Source: Oikopleura dioica (taxonomy: Eukaryota > Animalia > Chordata). From it: 64,000 nucleotides of DNA. Location: positions 11,904,001-11,968,000 of the forward strand of contig OU015566.1 of assembly GCA_907165135.1 (NCBI GenBank), in the 5' to 3' direction. Below are positions 53,355 through 64,000 of this stretch, piece by piece. Below the pieces are notes generated by a model. The model searched no databases. It saw nothing but the letters and a program-made list of their open reading frames with translations, and was not told the DNA's origin. Within the stretch, counting starts at the first letter, position 1. Every line of letters begins with the position of its first letter. Both the position numbers and the translations under genes were made by a program.

Positions 53355-54323
53355 AGGTCAAGTCCCTTTACAAGATGCCTGCCAAATTTTTGATTTCCGA
53401 AGCAGGTACCTCCTTTGCGGTTTCTGAGAGACCAATACAGCAAATTTACGGCTTGATAAAGATGTTGCTATTTTTTCAAAGGGAAAAAATTAGAACTTTT
53501 CAAAAAGGACTTTGGCTAATTTTCTGCTCGGAAGATCGGTAAATACGCTTTCGAAAGTGCTCGTAAATCTCGGACGAACATTTGATGAATTTTCCGCTAA
53601 TGATAAATTTTGGTCTCGCCTTGAACTTGGGCCAGTAGTCCGGAAACCGCCGCGCCCGACCTTGAACTGGCCGCATCGATTTCGTTTCTGATAACGGGAG
53701 CTATTTACGAGCCTGTTTGCTTTTGTGGTCTGATTACGGATTGTACTTGAACTTGAGCCAGCTTCATTTGATTTTTGGACATCAGCTGGGTTTGTGCTTC
53801 AATGGCGGATTTGATCGAAGAAAGTTACAATGGAGTAAAAAATTTTAATCAAACAAACCTTGACCTTCTCAATTAGGGCCATAAACTTTGACCTGCTCTG
53901 TAGGAAGTTACAATGAGTGGCAATTTCCGCCTCCTTCTGACCTCAATACTAAACACTGGGAAGCGGTTGACCTTGGCCCTTCCAATCTCGATTCCAAAAA
54001 GGGATGAAAACAAACTTTCTCATATTTTGCGGCGCGATCAAAGGCGGAAAGTGCTCTGGAAGAAGAAAGATGAAAGGGATGAGTTAGGTGCTATTCCCTG
54101 GACAGGTACTTCAGGCGTTTAGGAGATATCTTCCCAAGGCCGCCGGATGATAAATGGGCCATTGATTTTGATTTGCAGTAAGATAAAAACAATATTTTTA
54201 AAGAGGCACTTTCAAGGTTTCCGGGGCCAAGTTGAAGAAAATGATTCTATTAAATTTGGCGGAATTTCAAACATAGAAAACGAGGAATAAAATGTTAAAC
54301 AGGCGGAGCGTTTTTGACCTTGA
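53355..54323. promoter_or_regulatory. Cluster of nuclear-receptor half-sites (AGGTCA/TGACCT)
   Basis: Exact hexamers at 53355, 53861, 53889, 53938, 53968 (TGACCTTGG) and 54315 (TGACCTTGA) in non-coding DNA. Confidence 0.35.
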
Positions 54324-55682
54324 CGAGCAATTAACGCGTTACGACTCAAAGGGCCTTTGCGATCAAAGTCATGTGGATCTGGAACGTGTCCAGTGTTATT
54401 TCAGCTTTTATGCATTTTTCAATATTTGCGGTGAAAATGTAATCCAGACTCTTGAGCAAAATCACGGCTGAGTTTCCTCAAATACGAAAAGAACAAGTTC
54501 CTTAACAAAATAATCAATAAAAAATATCAAGCAAATAAAAAGAACCTCGAAGGTAAATTTGCGCGAAAAAGGCGCTTGACAGTTGTTATGTTATTGCAGG
54601 TGGAGAGAGGTCCAGGGTTCCATTCGTGTACCAAACAAGGCATAATCCTGAAGGCACGGGCATCCGTGAAGAGTCCAATTTACTAAAGCGCAGATTAGGA
54701 GTACTAAAAGCCGTGAGAGTGGCAAAGGATATCGGCGATATCATATCGCGTAATGTTCAATTAGCAGTTCGTTTCTTGGTTTTCTCTTGAATTCTGAATG
54801 ATTTCTATCCTTCAAGAGCTTCAATGATCAAAAACCTCGGCTTGAATTCTTTCATCCTTTCTTCAACTTCCGCTTTCCCGCCAAAAACCGATTCAAGCTC
54901 CAATTTACGAAGGTGATTTAACGAGGTGCCACGCGCCTAGAAGCGCCTTCTATTCCCATCAAGAAAATTTACTCAGCGCGGAGAAGCCCTATGAAAATTC
55001 TGGCGGAGCGGGGAATACCTGGAAGTAATAAAATAGGCTCGAATGTGTTATAAATCTGTCGTATTAAAGTGTTGTCGAATTGGATCAGACATCTAAAGGG
55101 CTTTGATACCCGATCATGGGAACAAGCGAGTCACACATTTCTGGATATTCCAATTAGCGCTAGTTGAAAAATTAGAATTCTAATTTGAAATTTGGCATAC
55201 CGAAAAGACATCAAGTACTCAGATCCCAAAAAATCGTTGAACAAAGCTAAATTTCCCCTACCCGCCGGGATTTTTTATGAACGCCATAAGAATGATCTTG
55301 ATGAGCTTTATCGAAAATTCCTTCTCGTTTTTGTCGAAAAAAAGAAAAAAAATCATGTAGGCTGAATTCAATCTCGCTATGAAACTTCGAGATATGATTA
55401 GCCGTCGATTTAGCTAACTTTTTGACACAAATCTATGAATTTTGAAAACAAGAAGGAACAGAATTAGATAAATTGGAACGGGAGAACTCATCTGCCACAC
55501 TGGACTCCAGGGTCTTTTTTCAAAGTCTATCCTGCTAAATTCAGATTTTTGCCGACGTTTATCCTGTTAGCTAGAGGTTACCCTATGTAAATGGGGAATC
55601 TGACAGAGTTACTTAAAAGTTGTCATCAACAAGATTTTATTTATTTTCGAAATATAAAATTTAATAACTCGATAAAAGAAAA

Positions 55683-58600
55683 ATGGTCGATATGATAACA
55701 TCGATGTGAGGGGATTCAAAAGAATTCTCTTCAGGAGAGGCAAAGCGGTAACAAAAGCCTTGGATAAGGCGAGAGGAGAAACTGTTATCGTCAAGGGAAT
55801 TCTTCTGGAAAATCCAAGTCATCGGCAAGATGCACAAGATGAAGCCGCCACTCTTCGAGAATTAGGTTAGTTGCTCTTTTATGAAAGGGTAAATTTATCT
55901 GACGTTAATTAAACATGACTAGATCATGCGAATATTGTTCGATTTGTCGACTTCCTCGATTATCAAACGCCAAGATGGGCCGGTGGATCGATGAGTTTTA
56001 TCATCATGGAATACTGTCGTGGAGGAGACCTGGCTGGCTGGATTGCCAAGATGAAGGCATCTGGAAGACAAACAACGAAGGAAGAAGCAGCACTTATTGG
56101 TGCACAGATGATATCTGCACTGAGCTACTGCCATGAGAGGAACAAGGTTCACCTCGATTTGAAACCGGCAAACATTTTCATTCTTGACGACTTTATAACA
56201 GTAAGATCCACTATCAATGATTTCTAGCTGAGCTCAACTTCAAGATAAAAATCGGCGATTTTGGAAGCGCCCAGTCAGTCCGATCCGTGATGGACTCGAT
56301 CAACGCAAGCAGAGGTTATCCGATGGTATGCACGAAACTTTATGCTTCCCCAGGTAACATTCATTACGAAAAGAATTAGTTAAATTTGATCTCTGAAGAA
56401 TGGTATGAAGAAAATGCAAAAAAGTCTCCAAGAATCGATGTTTGGGGATTCGGCTTGATTTTACAGGTAAATTGAAATAAATTCCCTGTTCAAAGATTAT
56501 TTCCAAAAGGAAATTCTGACATTAGAGCATGCTTTTGGTCGAGTTGATGGTCGAACTTGCGGATCACGTAAAATTGGTAAGATGATCCGTATTCTGAAAT
56601 AAATAATTAACGTGCAAAATAATCTGTAGAGAAAAATTTGCTAATGGGAAAACGGACATCTCTCTTCGAAATCTTTGGCGAAAATGACGAATTCGAAGAA
56701 TTCGAAGCCCTTCTTGAAAAGTGCACTCGACTTGATCGCAAAAGACGACCGAGAAATGCGATTGAGCTTCGAAATGAAAATCTCTTCCTTGATTTCTTGC
56801 AGCGAATCGAAAATGGCGAGCGACCTTGCGACATTGTTCCTCCTCCCTTCATTAACGAAAGAAACCAAATAAAGCGACTTCAAGAAGTTATTAAAAGCAA
56901 AGACCAACTCATCGAAAAGCTGGAGAAGAAAATTCAAAGATTAGAATTTCTAGCTAATGTTGTTTTTGCTCTTTTTCGCCGTATTTTAACTCATTTTTAG
57001 ACGAAGAAGAAGGCTGACACGCTTTACTCTGATCTCGAGGAATGCAAAGGTGATCATAAATTGATCTTCAAACTCGGCAAAGACAACGTCCATCTTTTCG
57101 AGACCGTTGATCAACAAATTATCATCATGGATGTTCTTTTGGAGAAGGTTATTGAAAAGTCTGTTGCTGATCGGGAGGCCTTATCGAAACTTCTGATGGT
57201 TATTGCCGATGAAGCTAATTTTATGGACTGGGAAGCTTGGTAAAACAGAATCATTAAGACATTGCCTAACTTGTATTTAGTATTGTTCCATTCGTCAAGA
57301 AAGCAGTTGAACAAGATCGGATCACTCGTTGCCCCAAGTTCTGGAAATATCTTTCGTAAGACTACACTTATCTATCGTGAATAAATATAATTCTAGACAA
57401 TGTATCTGCAAGATCTACAAATCCTCTGCAGTTGACCCTAAATCCATCAAGGGAATCACTGAACCAGCAAAAGATCTCTGTTCTTGGACAAACGCCATCT
57501 GTGCTATGATCGAAGAGATCGACTACATTTTCTGGGATAAGAAGAGGATGCACGATTTGTACTCCATCGCAGAAATTGATCTTGCCGCGATCATCGCCGA
57601 AGATGGACTCTCACAGACTCCCGAAGAGTGGTACGTTATCTCCCTATGTCTTAACTCGCCACTTATCAAATCAATCAAGCTTTGCCGAACTGGAATTAGA
57701 TTTTTTGCTCAAGCCTCTAGTTTTATGGGGCAAGGTCGAAAGCCAGCTTATTGACAGCTTGAGAAATCACGCTTTTGGCGAATCAGAGATGGAAGACTTC
57801 TCGAAGGAGTTTGATATGTTGGAGGAGATGGTTCCCGAAGGACCTGATGGACGTGGCCACCGAAACTTTATCAAGGTTCTTGTCAATGCAGTCATGACCT
57901 TTTCCGTCGACTCTGGTAAAAAATCTTCCATGCTCTCTGTTTTATAAAGAGTTTAAATTTAGATTCTAATCAATTGATCCTTCGAAGCCGGGTAGACTCC
58001 AAATTCTCTGACTGTGGGTTGCTGTTGCGAAAGTACATCAATAACGAGGACAATGGACTAGAAGTGTTGTTCGTAATGTCGGACATCTTCAGAAAGAAAC
58101 ACGAGAATAATCCCAGTAAGTTTTTGCTAAACTGCCAAAAATGCACGGAAAATAATAACAAAGCCTTATAGTACTGATAGAGAATGTTTTCTCTGAATTG
58201 TACGACCTTTCTATTTTGGAAATTCCGACCTTCCAGGCGTGGATCAAATTGAGAAGCGCAGAGAAACTTAAAAACTTCGCGGTTATTTCTGATGCCACCA
58301 AGTAAGCCTATTGATGTTATACTATGGTATATATGATATACATTTTTTAGGGATTTTTTCTTATCCTTGGATCAAATAAAAATAATGGAAGAAAAGAAAG
58401 AGTTGGAGAAGCTGAGGAAGGAGCTGGGTGCTGTAGGTGGAACTGGCGAGTTTTATCAAGATGATCGACATGTTGAGCAAGGTGGATGGAGAGAAGAAGT
58501 AAAAGAAGAAGGATTGCGGAAAGTGCTGAAGCTGTTGGCAGTTGGAGAGCGAAAAATCAATCTTAAGGAACGAGATATCTTAGGTTTTTTTTGAAATACT

Positions 58601-58949
58601 CTGTTTCAAATAGGATATCCTCTCCTAAAAGTTTCTGTCGAAGCAAAATTTCGAGGTCGCAGAAGCAGGATGGTACTTGCAATTCAAGAGTGCTTTGTGT
58701 GGAGGAAATGGCTGGTTCTACTTATCGATTTGGAATAAAGGTAAAAGAAGTCTTGATTTATAATTTTTCCCTTAATTTTTAGAAGGCGGCAGAAGATTCA
58801 AAGCCGTCGCGCAAGAAATTGGTTATTTTACTGGAGAAGAAAAAAATCTGAAAGAAATAACAAGCGAGGCGGAGGGACTGCAACAAGTGATAAAATATGA
58901 AAGAAAAACTCATTCTTTTTATGTAAGATTTAATATTTGTTTCCTGTAA
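55683..58949 (+). CDS. Mosaic protein: NEK-like Ser/Thr kinase, coiled coil, eIF4G-type MA3 and W2 domains, coiled coil, lineage-specific C-terminal domain
   Basis: Kinase motifs VIVK, IIMEYCRGGDL, HLDLKPANIF, GDFG, YASPE, DVWGFG. MA3-like LEKVIEKSVADREALSKLL...CPKFWKYLSQ and W2-like NFIKVLVNAVM...LLLRKYIN...FSELYDLSILEIPTFQAW...TKDFFLSL. Exons join in frame through short introns. The 5' start is uncertain and one junction near 58574-58631 needs a non-GT donor. Confidence 0.7.
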
Positions 58950-59253
58950 GTCATCATTCTAAGGCGAGAATTTATCATCTGTGGTCATCCATGCTTCTAG
59001 TATTCCATTATCATCACATTACTGCTATTGCATTTCGTGTCTTTTCTGCCCCTTTTTGATCTTTACCCTACGATTAGCCTTTTATGCTCATCTTTGGAAT
59101 GCTTTCAATCTATTTACTGTATATTTTCTGCGGCTATCATTTGAAAGGAAATTTAAACAAAGATCAAGACGATTAAATTTGTTGGACAAAAATCTTAATA
59201 AAGTCAGGTGTTTATTCTTATTCTGCTCAAAAACACGAATCTCTTCGCGTTCC

Positions 59254-59332
59254 AAAAGCCCCAGTAATTTTCAGTTTCACGATTTCCTCAAAAAGGTTTA
59301 ATCGTAATCGTCATTCGAACTAGCACGCCTTT
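59254..59332 (-). promoter_or_regulatory. SECIS element (type II) in the SelW 3'UTR
   Basis: Minus strand AAAGGCGTGCTAGTTCGA-ATGA-CGATTACGATT-AAA-CCTTTTTGAGG-AAATCGTGAAAC-TGAA-AATTACTGGGGCTTTT folds by hand into helix I, the AUGA/GA core, helix II, the AAA loop and a CCT/AGG mini-stem. Confidence 0.85.
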
Positions 59333-59446
59333 GAAAATCGGAGAATTTCGCGCTCTCGAGCAGCCGACAGGCACAGAAATAGATAGAGAAAGTTGAACAG
59401 TTGAATGAAAGTGCCCAGAAATCGTCGGTTTGCAAGGAAGAAGCGC

Positions 59447-59750
59447 TTATAGAGCGGCTTGAATTGCATCGAAGATTGCGTTCAATTTCTTGTCGCTATC
59501 GATGTACCCGTCGCCTGAATAGATTCCCGTTAGAGACAGAATAAATAAAGATTGTACCTTTAGTAAGCTTGGAGTGAACCAATTGGCCATTGACGTTGAC
59601 CTCAAGAGCACCGGAGGTCTCCTTAGTCGGCTCAGAAGTGATCTCGACCTGGGAGGCTTCGAATTCGTCCAAAATCTGAGCCTTGAGATGCTCAAATTTC
59701 GGACGGTAGCCTCACCCGCCGCAGTAAATAACGTGGATTTTCACAGCCAT
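59447..59750 (-). CDS. SELENOW: Selenoprotein W (86 aa, UGA at codon 13 read as Sec)
   Basis: join(complement 59558..59750, 59447..59514): MAVKIHVIYCGGUGYRPKFEHLKAQILDEFEASQVEITSEPTKETSGALEVNVNGQLVHSKLTKGDGYIDSDKKLNAIFDAIQAAL. CxxU motif with TGA at 59712-59714 and a downstream SECIS. Confidence 0.95.
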
Positions 59751-60715
59751 TGTCTAAAACAAATCGTATCGAGCATTTTCATCTTCAGTAAATAATAGTT
59801 TTACAATCGAATATTTACATGAAAAACAGAAAAAAGGGAAATTGGAGTTTGGAAGTGCCCACTTATTTGAGTCTTCGTTGACTTCAATACGATAGGGTTA
59901 CAGTAGATGGTGACTGTATTCAGATACTTCAAACGTGGTGATAATTCGTTGACTGTATATCAAGCTTTGTCAGTTGTGCAGTTAATTACTATTAATAAGT
60001 TTAACTGTCAAAAACTATCGAAAATTTTACTCAAATAACAAATATCTGCAATTGCGGGAAAATTTTTTCATCGAAATTTAATTTAATGTTAGTTTTTTAA
60101 TTTTGCTAAATCAATTGTCCAGAAATCAAAATTATTAACGGAAAAAGAAATTTGCTTAATCAACAAAAAACTGACTCATCACTTGGTTTAACGAAGCGGC
60201 GGCGACATCAAACAAACAACGCGCCCCTATTTTTGGTAACGGCCTTGGTACTCCTCTTTTTGTCTCTCCTAAAAAAGTGAAAAAGTCGAAAAGAGTGTCT
60301 TTCTGATTCTCCGCTGTTGCTGATTGGTCAAATTTCGCGCCGTCGGGGGCGATCGGGCGCGCGCACGGGCCAAGAAAGGGAAAGAATCCGAAAAACGAGC
60401 TTTTCGCTTTTCAAAGAAAGAAAACTGAAAGAAAGACTTCGAGAAAATTATGAAGGGATGAGAAGGCATTGAGAAAGATAAAAGAATAGAAAGGAAGAAA
60501 AATGGGAAAACAAGTGATGAAAGTTGAGTTATTAGGTTCGGGTTAAAATTATCGTTTGTTTTTGGTTAAAAAAGTGTATTTTTGATAAATAAAATTGAAT
60601 TGAAAATAAAATTTCTGGAGAAAATAAGCATTTTGATCAATAAACTTGTGTTCCTTTGACTGTAAATGCCTTCTTTTCTACGAAACATCGTACATAACCG
60701 GCTAATTTATCATTA

Positions 60716-63700
60716 ATGATCCCTAATGATCGCCAATTACGAATTCGATCCCACGAATTGGATCTTGTGTAATTGAGCGAAAAGCGTTTATCTCATCATA
60801 AATAATCCAATCAATTGAATTTTAACCTGGGCTCAAGATGGCTCAATTCACGAAATCAAAGCTAGTCGAAAAACGCGAGGTGAAGTGATCCTTGGAGAAG
60901 TCGTCAAGCATTTGGGCATTTTCGAAAGCGACTATTTTGGCGTTTCCTTCAAAAGACCAGATGGCTCCTTATGTTGGATCGACCCGGCGAAAACTCTCAA
61001 AGCTCAGAAGATCCGCCTCGATAATAGAACTAGCTTCAAGTTCGCCGTTAAGGAAGGGGTTTATCTTGCAATTTTCGTTAGGAATTTCACCTTTGGCCTA
61101 TTCTTTTAATTTATCTTCAAGGGGATGAAATGTTTGAGGGGCGTCGGAAATAGGTGCCACAAATTGGAAATTGATGCCCAGCGGGTGGGTAGCGCTTCAA
61201 AAGGGCGTTTTTATTGTACCTAAACCATGTTCAATCAAAGGTCTCTGTCACCCGCATAAATATTTTTATGGTTGTTCATCCCATTTGACATCTGGCGAGA
61301 GTTTCAATTATGGGCTTTTCTCACCCATTTTTATGAAATTAATAATGATCAAAGAAATTATATTCTAATCATTTAGTCGTTGTTGGCTTCACCTTTTTTC
61401 AACTGATCTGAACCCCAAGATAGTTCTACCCTTCTGACCCGTGCCAACAACTCCACGACGAATTCACGCGCCATTTGTTTTGCCTGTCCGTAAAGCGGGA
61501 AATTCGTCAAGCAAATCTCACCTGTGCCGAGTCAATGATGGCTCAGATTGCTAGTTGCCTGGTTCAAACCGAATTTGGGGACTTCGATGCGGATGAGTGT
61601 AATGATACGAAGTACATTAGTGAACTCAACTTGCTGCCAATTCCTAGTGCTGATTTGCTAAATCAAATTAGGTTTGTTTTATTTTCTATTGCTTTCAAAT
61701 TGAGTTGATTCTTCAGAATCCTGCACCGGCAACGAGTAGGACAGAAGCCTTTAGAAGCGGACATGATAATGCTCGAGAAGGTGCGACAACTGGAAAGCTG
61801 GGGGCAGAAACCTGTGAACTGCCATGATGGGAGCAACGCCTTTATCAAAATATCCTGCTGTGAGAGTGGCATATCAGGCTCGGATTGACAGATGTTTATC
61901 TTTAATTTTATTTCGAAACTATTTTCAAATTCCTTCTGTCGTTCTTCTCCTATAGAAAAACTACTTTTTCGAGATGATTTAAACAGTATTAAAGGCCCTT
62001 TACAGTCTCTTTAATGCCTCTAAAGAGTGACGTGTTCCCTGACAGTACTCTGTCAACCCCGACGAAAAGTCTTTCAGGATACTTTATTACACACCTGGCG
62101 TTGGAGCTCAATACGAAAGCTATCTTTCAAGGAAGGGTTAAATTGATACACATTGATTACCGTAGCAAACGAGGAAAACATGAGCTAGTCGACCTTTGAG
62201 CGTATATTTCATAATCGAAAATGGCTTGAGAAAGTTAAACAAACTAGGAAATCAGTGAATGATAGATGAAGTTCTGTAAAATGTCAAATAGCGCGATAAA
62301 ACTTGACTTTTATGAAACTCACTGACTTAACCCGTCAAAGCAAAAGCAATTCATTTTGAAACTTCGGCATGAAGACGGCACTCCATCGGATGTAAAGACA
62401 TTTACCTTCAGTAGCCGAGACGCAGCAAAAAACTTCTGGAAATGCACAATCGAGACGCATACATTCTTCAATCTCCGCGTCGGCCCACCTAGAAAGCCCA
62501 AGGTAAGACACTATCGGATTCTGTTGCGTCGGAGAATAGCTTTGAATTAAGAATATCCTGTTTTCTCGTGGCTCGAGCTTCCGGTACAGTGGACGAACTT
62601 TGGAGGAGCTTCGAACTGCGAATAAAAATGCTCCGGCGAGGAATATTACTTTCACGAGGAAGAGTAGTCAGCGCGCTAGAAAAACGCCAAGCATCAAGCC
62701 TGGTAAAATCAATTTCACTCATTTTTTTACTAAAAAATCTTCAGACTACAAAGTGGACATTTCCGAAATCCATGCTCCTCATCCGACGCCATCTCCTAGG
62801 CTACAGGCAAAAGCACAAGCTACTGTTGCGGAATCGACGAAAAGTGATTTCTCGGAGGTACATTATTTTGCATGTCTTTTTCATGCTTTATATAATTAAA
62901 CATGCAGAAATACAATATTCATAATTCATTTTATTCCCTTGTCAAAGTAGACAGAAAAAAATCGATTTTTTCTTCGCGATAAGGGAACAGAATGAAACAG
63001 AATAGCTCCATTTGAGGCCGTTTTCACTCCTTTTCTTTTAGATAACCGAGCTAGCAGAGATGAACAATTTGAAATCAGATGCTAACTCGATTCCAAGGAC
63101 GGATATTGAATTGAAGCCGGATAAAAGTGTGGCTGAAGAAGAGATCTACGATGAGCCGAGGAAGTTGAGATGCGATGTGAATTACTCTGTCTGCAGAGAG
63201 ATCCTAAATACCGAAAGAACTCACCTCAAGGTAAAATTCTAGTTTTTCAAGCTATTTAGACCTATTTTAGGACCTGCAAGTTGTTGTTCTCCATTTCCGA
63301 AACGCAATAAGAGATGAAGCAGGAATCCCCGAGCAAATCATGTCGCTCCTTTATTCAAGCCTCGACCCGATTTTCGAGTTTCACAAAAACTTCGTCGCGG
63401 ACCTTGAGCAACGAGCTGCAGAATGGGAAAATTCTATCTCCGGCCAACAAACAATCTCTGAATTCTTCAAAGTGAAAATGCGCGAATTCGCGTCACATAG
63501 TGGAAAACTTGAAAGGATCGAAAGCGTGTTGCATGAGGTGGAAAGCTCGCTGCAGAATTATCCGAGGTTCTTGCAAGTTTGGAGAGCCTTTGAAGGAAGG
63601 AAGCTGTGCTATTTGCCGATTTCGATGTTTTTGTTGAAGCCGATTTGCAGATTGTTCCAGTATTTTAATGTCATCTCGAGAATGGAGAAGCATGAGGGCA

Positions 63701-64000
63701 TGGCAGCGCAGAAGGAGCTTCAGCCAGCTGTGAACAGGTTCGTTACTTCAATTGCTTTTTTATCATAAATTTGTTGACAAGAACAGTAGTAGTTACTTTT
63801 GCTATCATATTTTATTTCTATATATTAGTACATTACTCTTGCGTCAACAAAAATACAAATTCAACTCTTGAAATTTGCGTAAAATGGTTTCTTTTTGCAT
63901 AATTTTCATTGTATATGGTATTTTCTAGGTTAAAGCCCGTCCTAAACCGATGCCTACAATTCCAAATTACCTCCCAGTTGCAACGAGAGCTCGTCGGAGC
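60716..64000 (+). CDS. FERM, RhoGEF (DH) and PH domain protein, FARP1/2-like; partial, start uncertain
   Basis: FERM (VVKHLGIFESDYFGVSF...CWIDPAK, FYPSDP, VQTEFGDFD, RDAAKNFWKCTIETHTFF), FERM-adjacent motif, then DH (CREILNTERTHLKDL...LDPIFEFHKNFVADLEQR...FLLKPICRL). Continues past the window end. Confidence 0.9.

Noticed and set aside
57380-57520. Dynein stalk/microtubule-binding-like motif (DPKSIKGITEPAKDLCSWTNAI)
   Set aside because: The flanking sequence aligns far better and over a longer span with the eIF4G MA3 domain, followed by W2.
59447-59695. 82-aa minus-strand ORF MSISRLRFW... in the track
   Set aside because: Wrong frame through exon 1 and the intron; only the last exon matches the real SelW product.

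Overview
Compact, intron-rich chordate-type eukaryotic DNA with many 35-60 nt introns. This pattern fits the larvacean tunicate Oikopleura (inference, not proven from the sequence). All exon joins were done by hand and all family calls are from recalled motifs, not database searches. Genes in order: SNAPC1 (-, 3' end off-window) with a nested antisense ORF in a long intron; SPCS3 (-); a BAZ1/WSTF-like gene lacking PHD-bromodomain (+); a nicotinic AChR alpha subunit (+); two paralogous 54-codon secreted cationic peptide genes (+); a Na+/H+ exchanger (-); a PMP22/claudin-like protein (-); a ~5,814-aa fibrocystin-L-like protein ending in a ZP module and mostly encoded by one 16.4-kb exon (+); an aquaglyceroporin (-); a coiled-coil gene split by a MULE-like insertion (+); an unknown basic protein (-); a PIM-like kinase (+); a mosaic Ser/Thr kinase fused to eIF4G-type MA3+W2 domains (+); selenoprotein W with in-frame UGA and SECIS (-); and a FARP-type FERM-RhoGEF (+, runs off-window). 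Several non-autonomous DNA transposons are present. The most unusual items are the kinase-eIF4G C-terminus chimera, the TM-less fibrocystin-L/ZP giant and the peptide pair.
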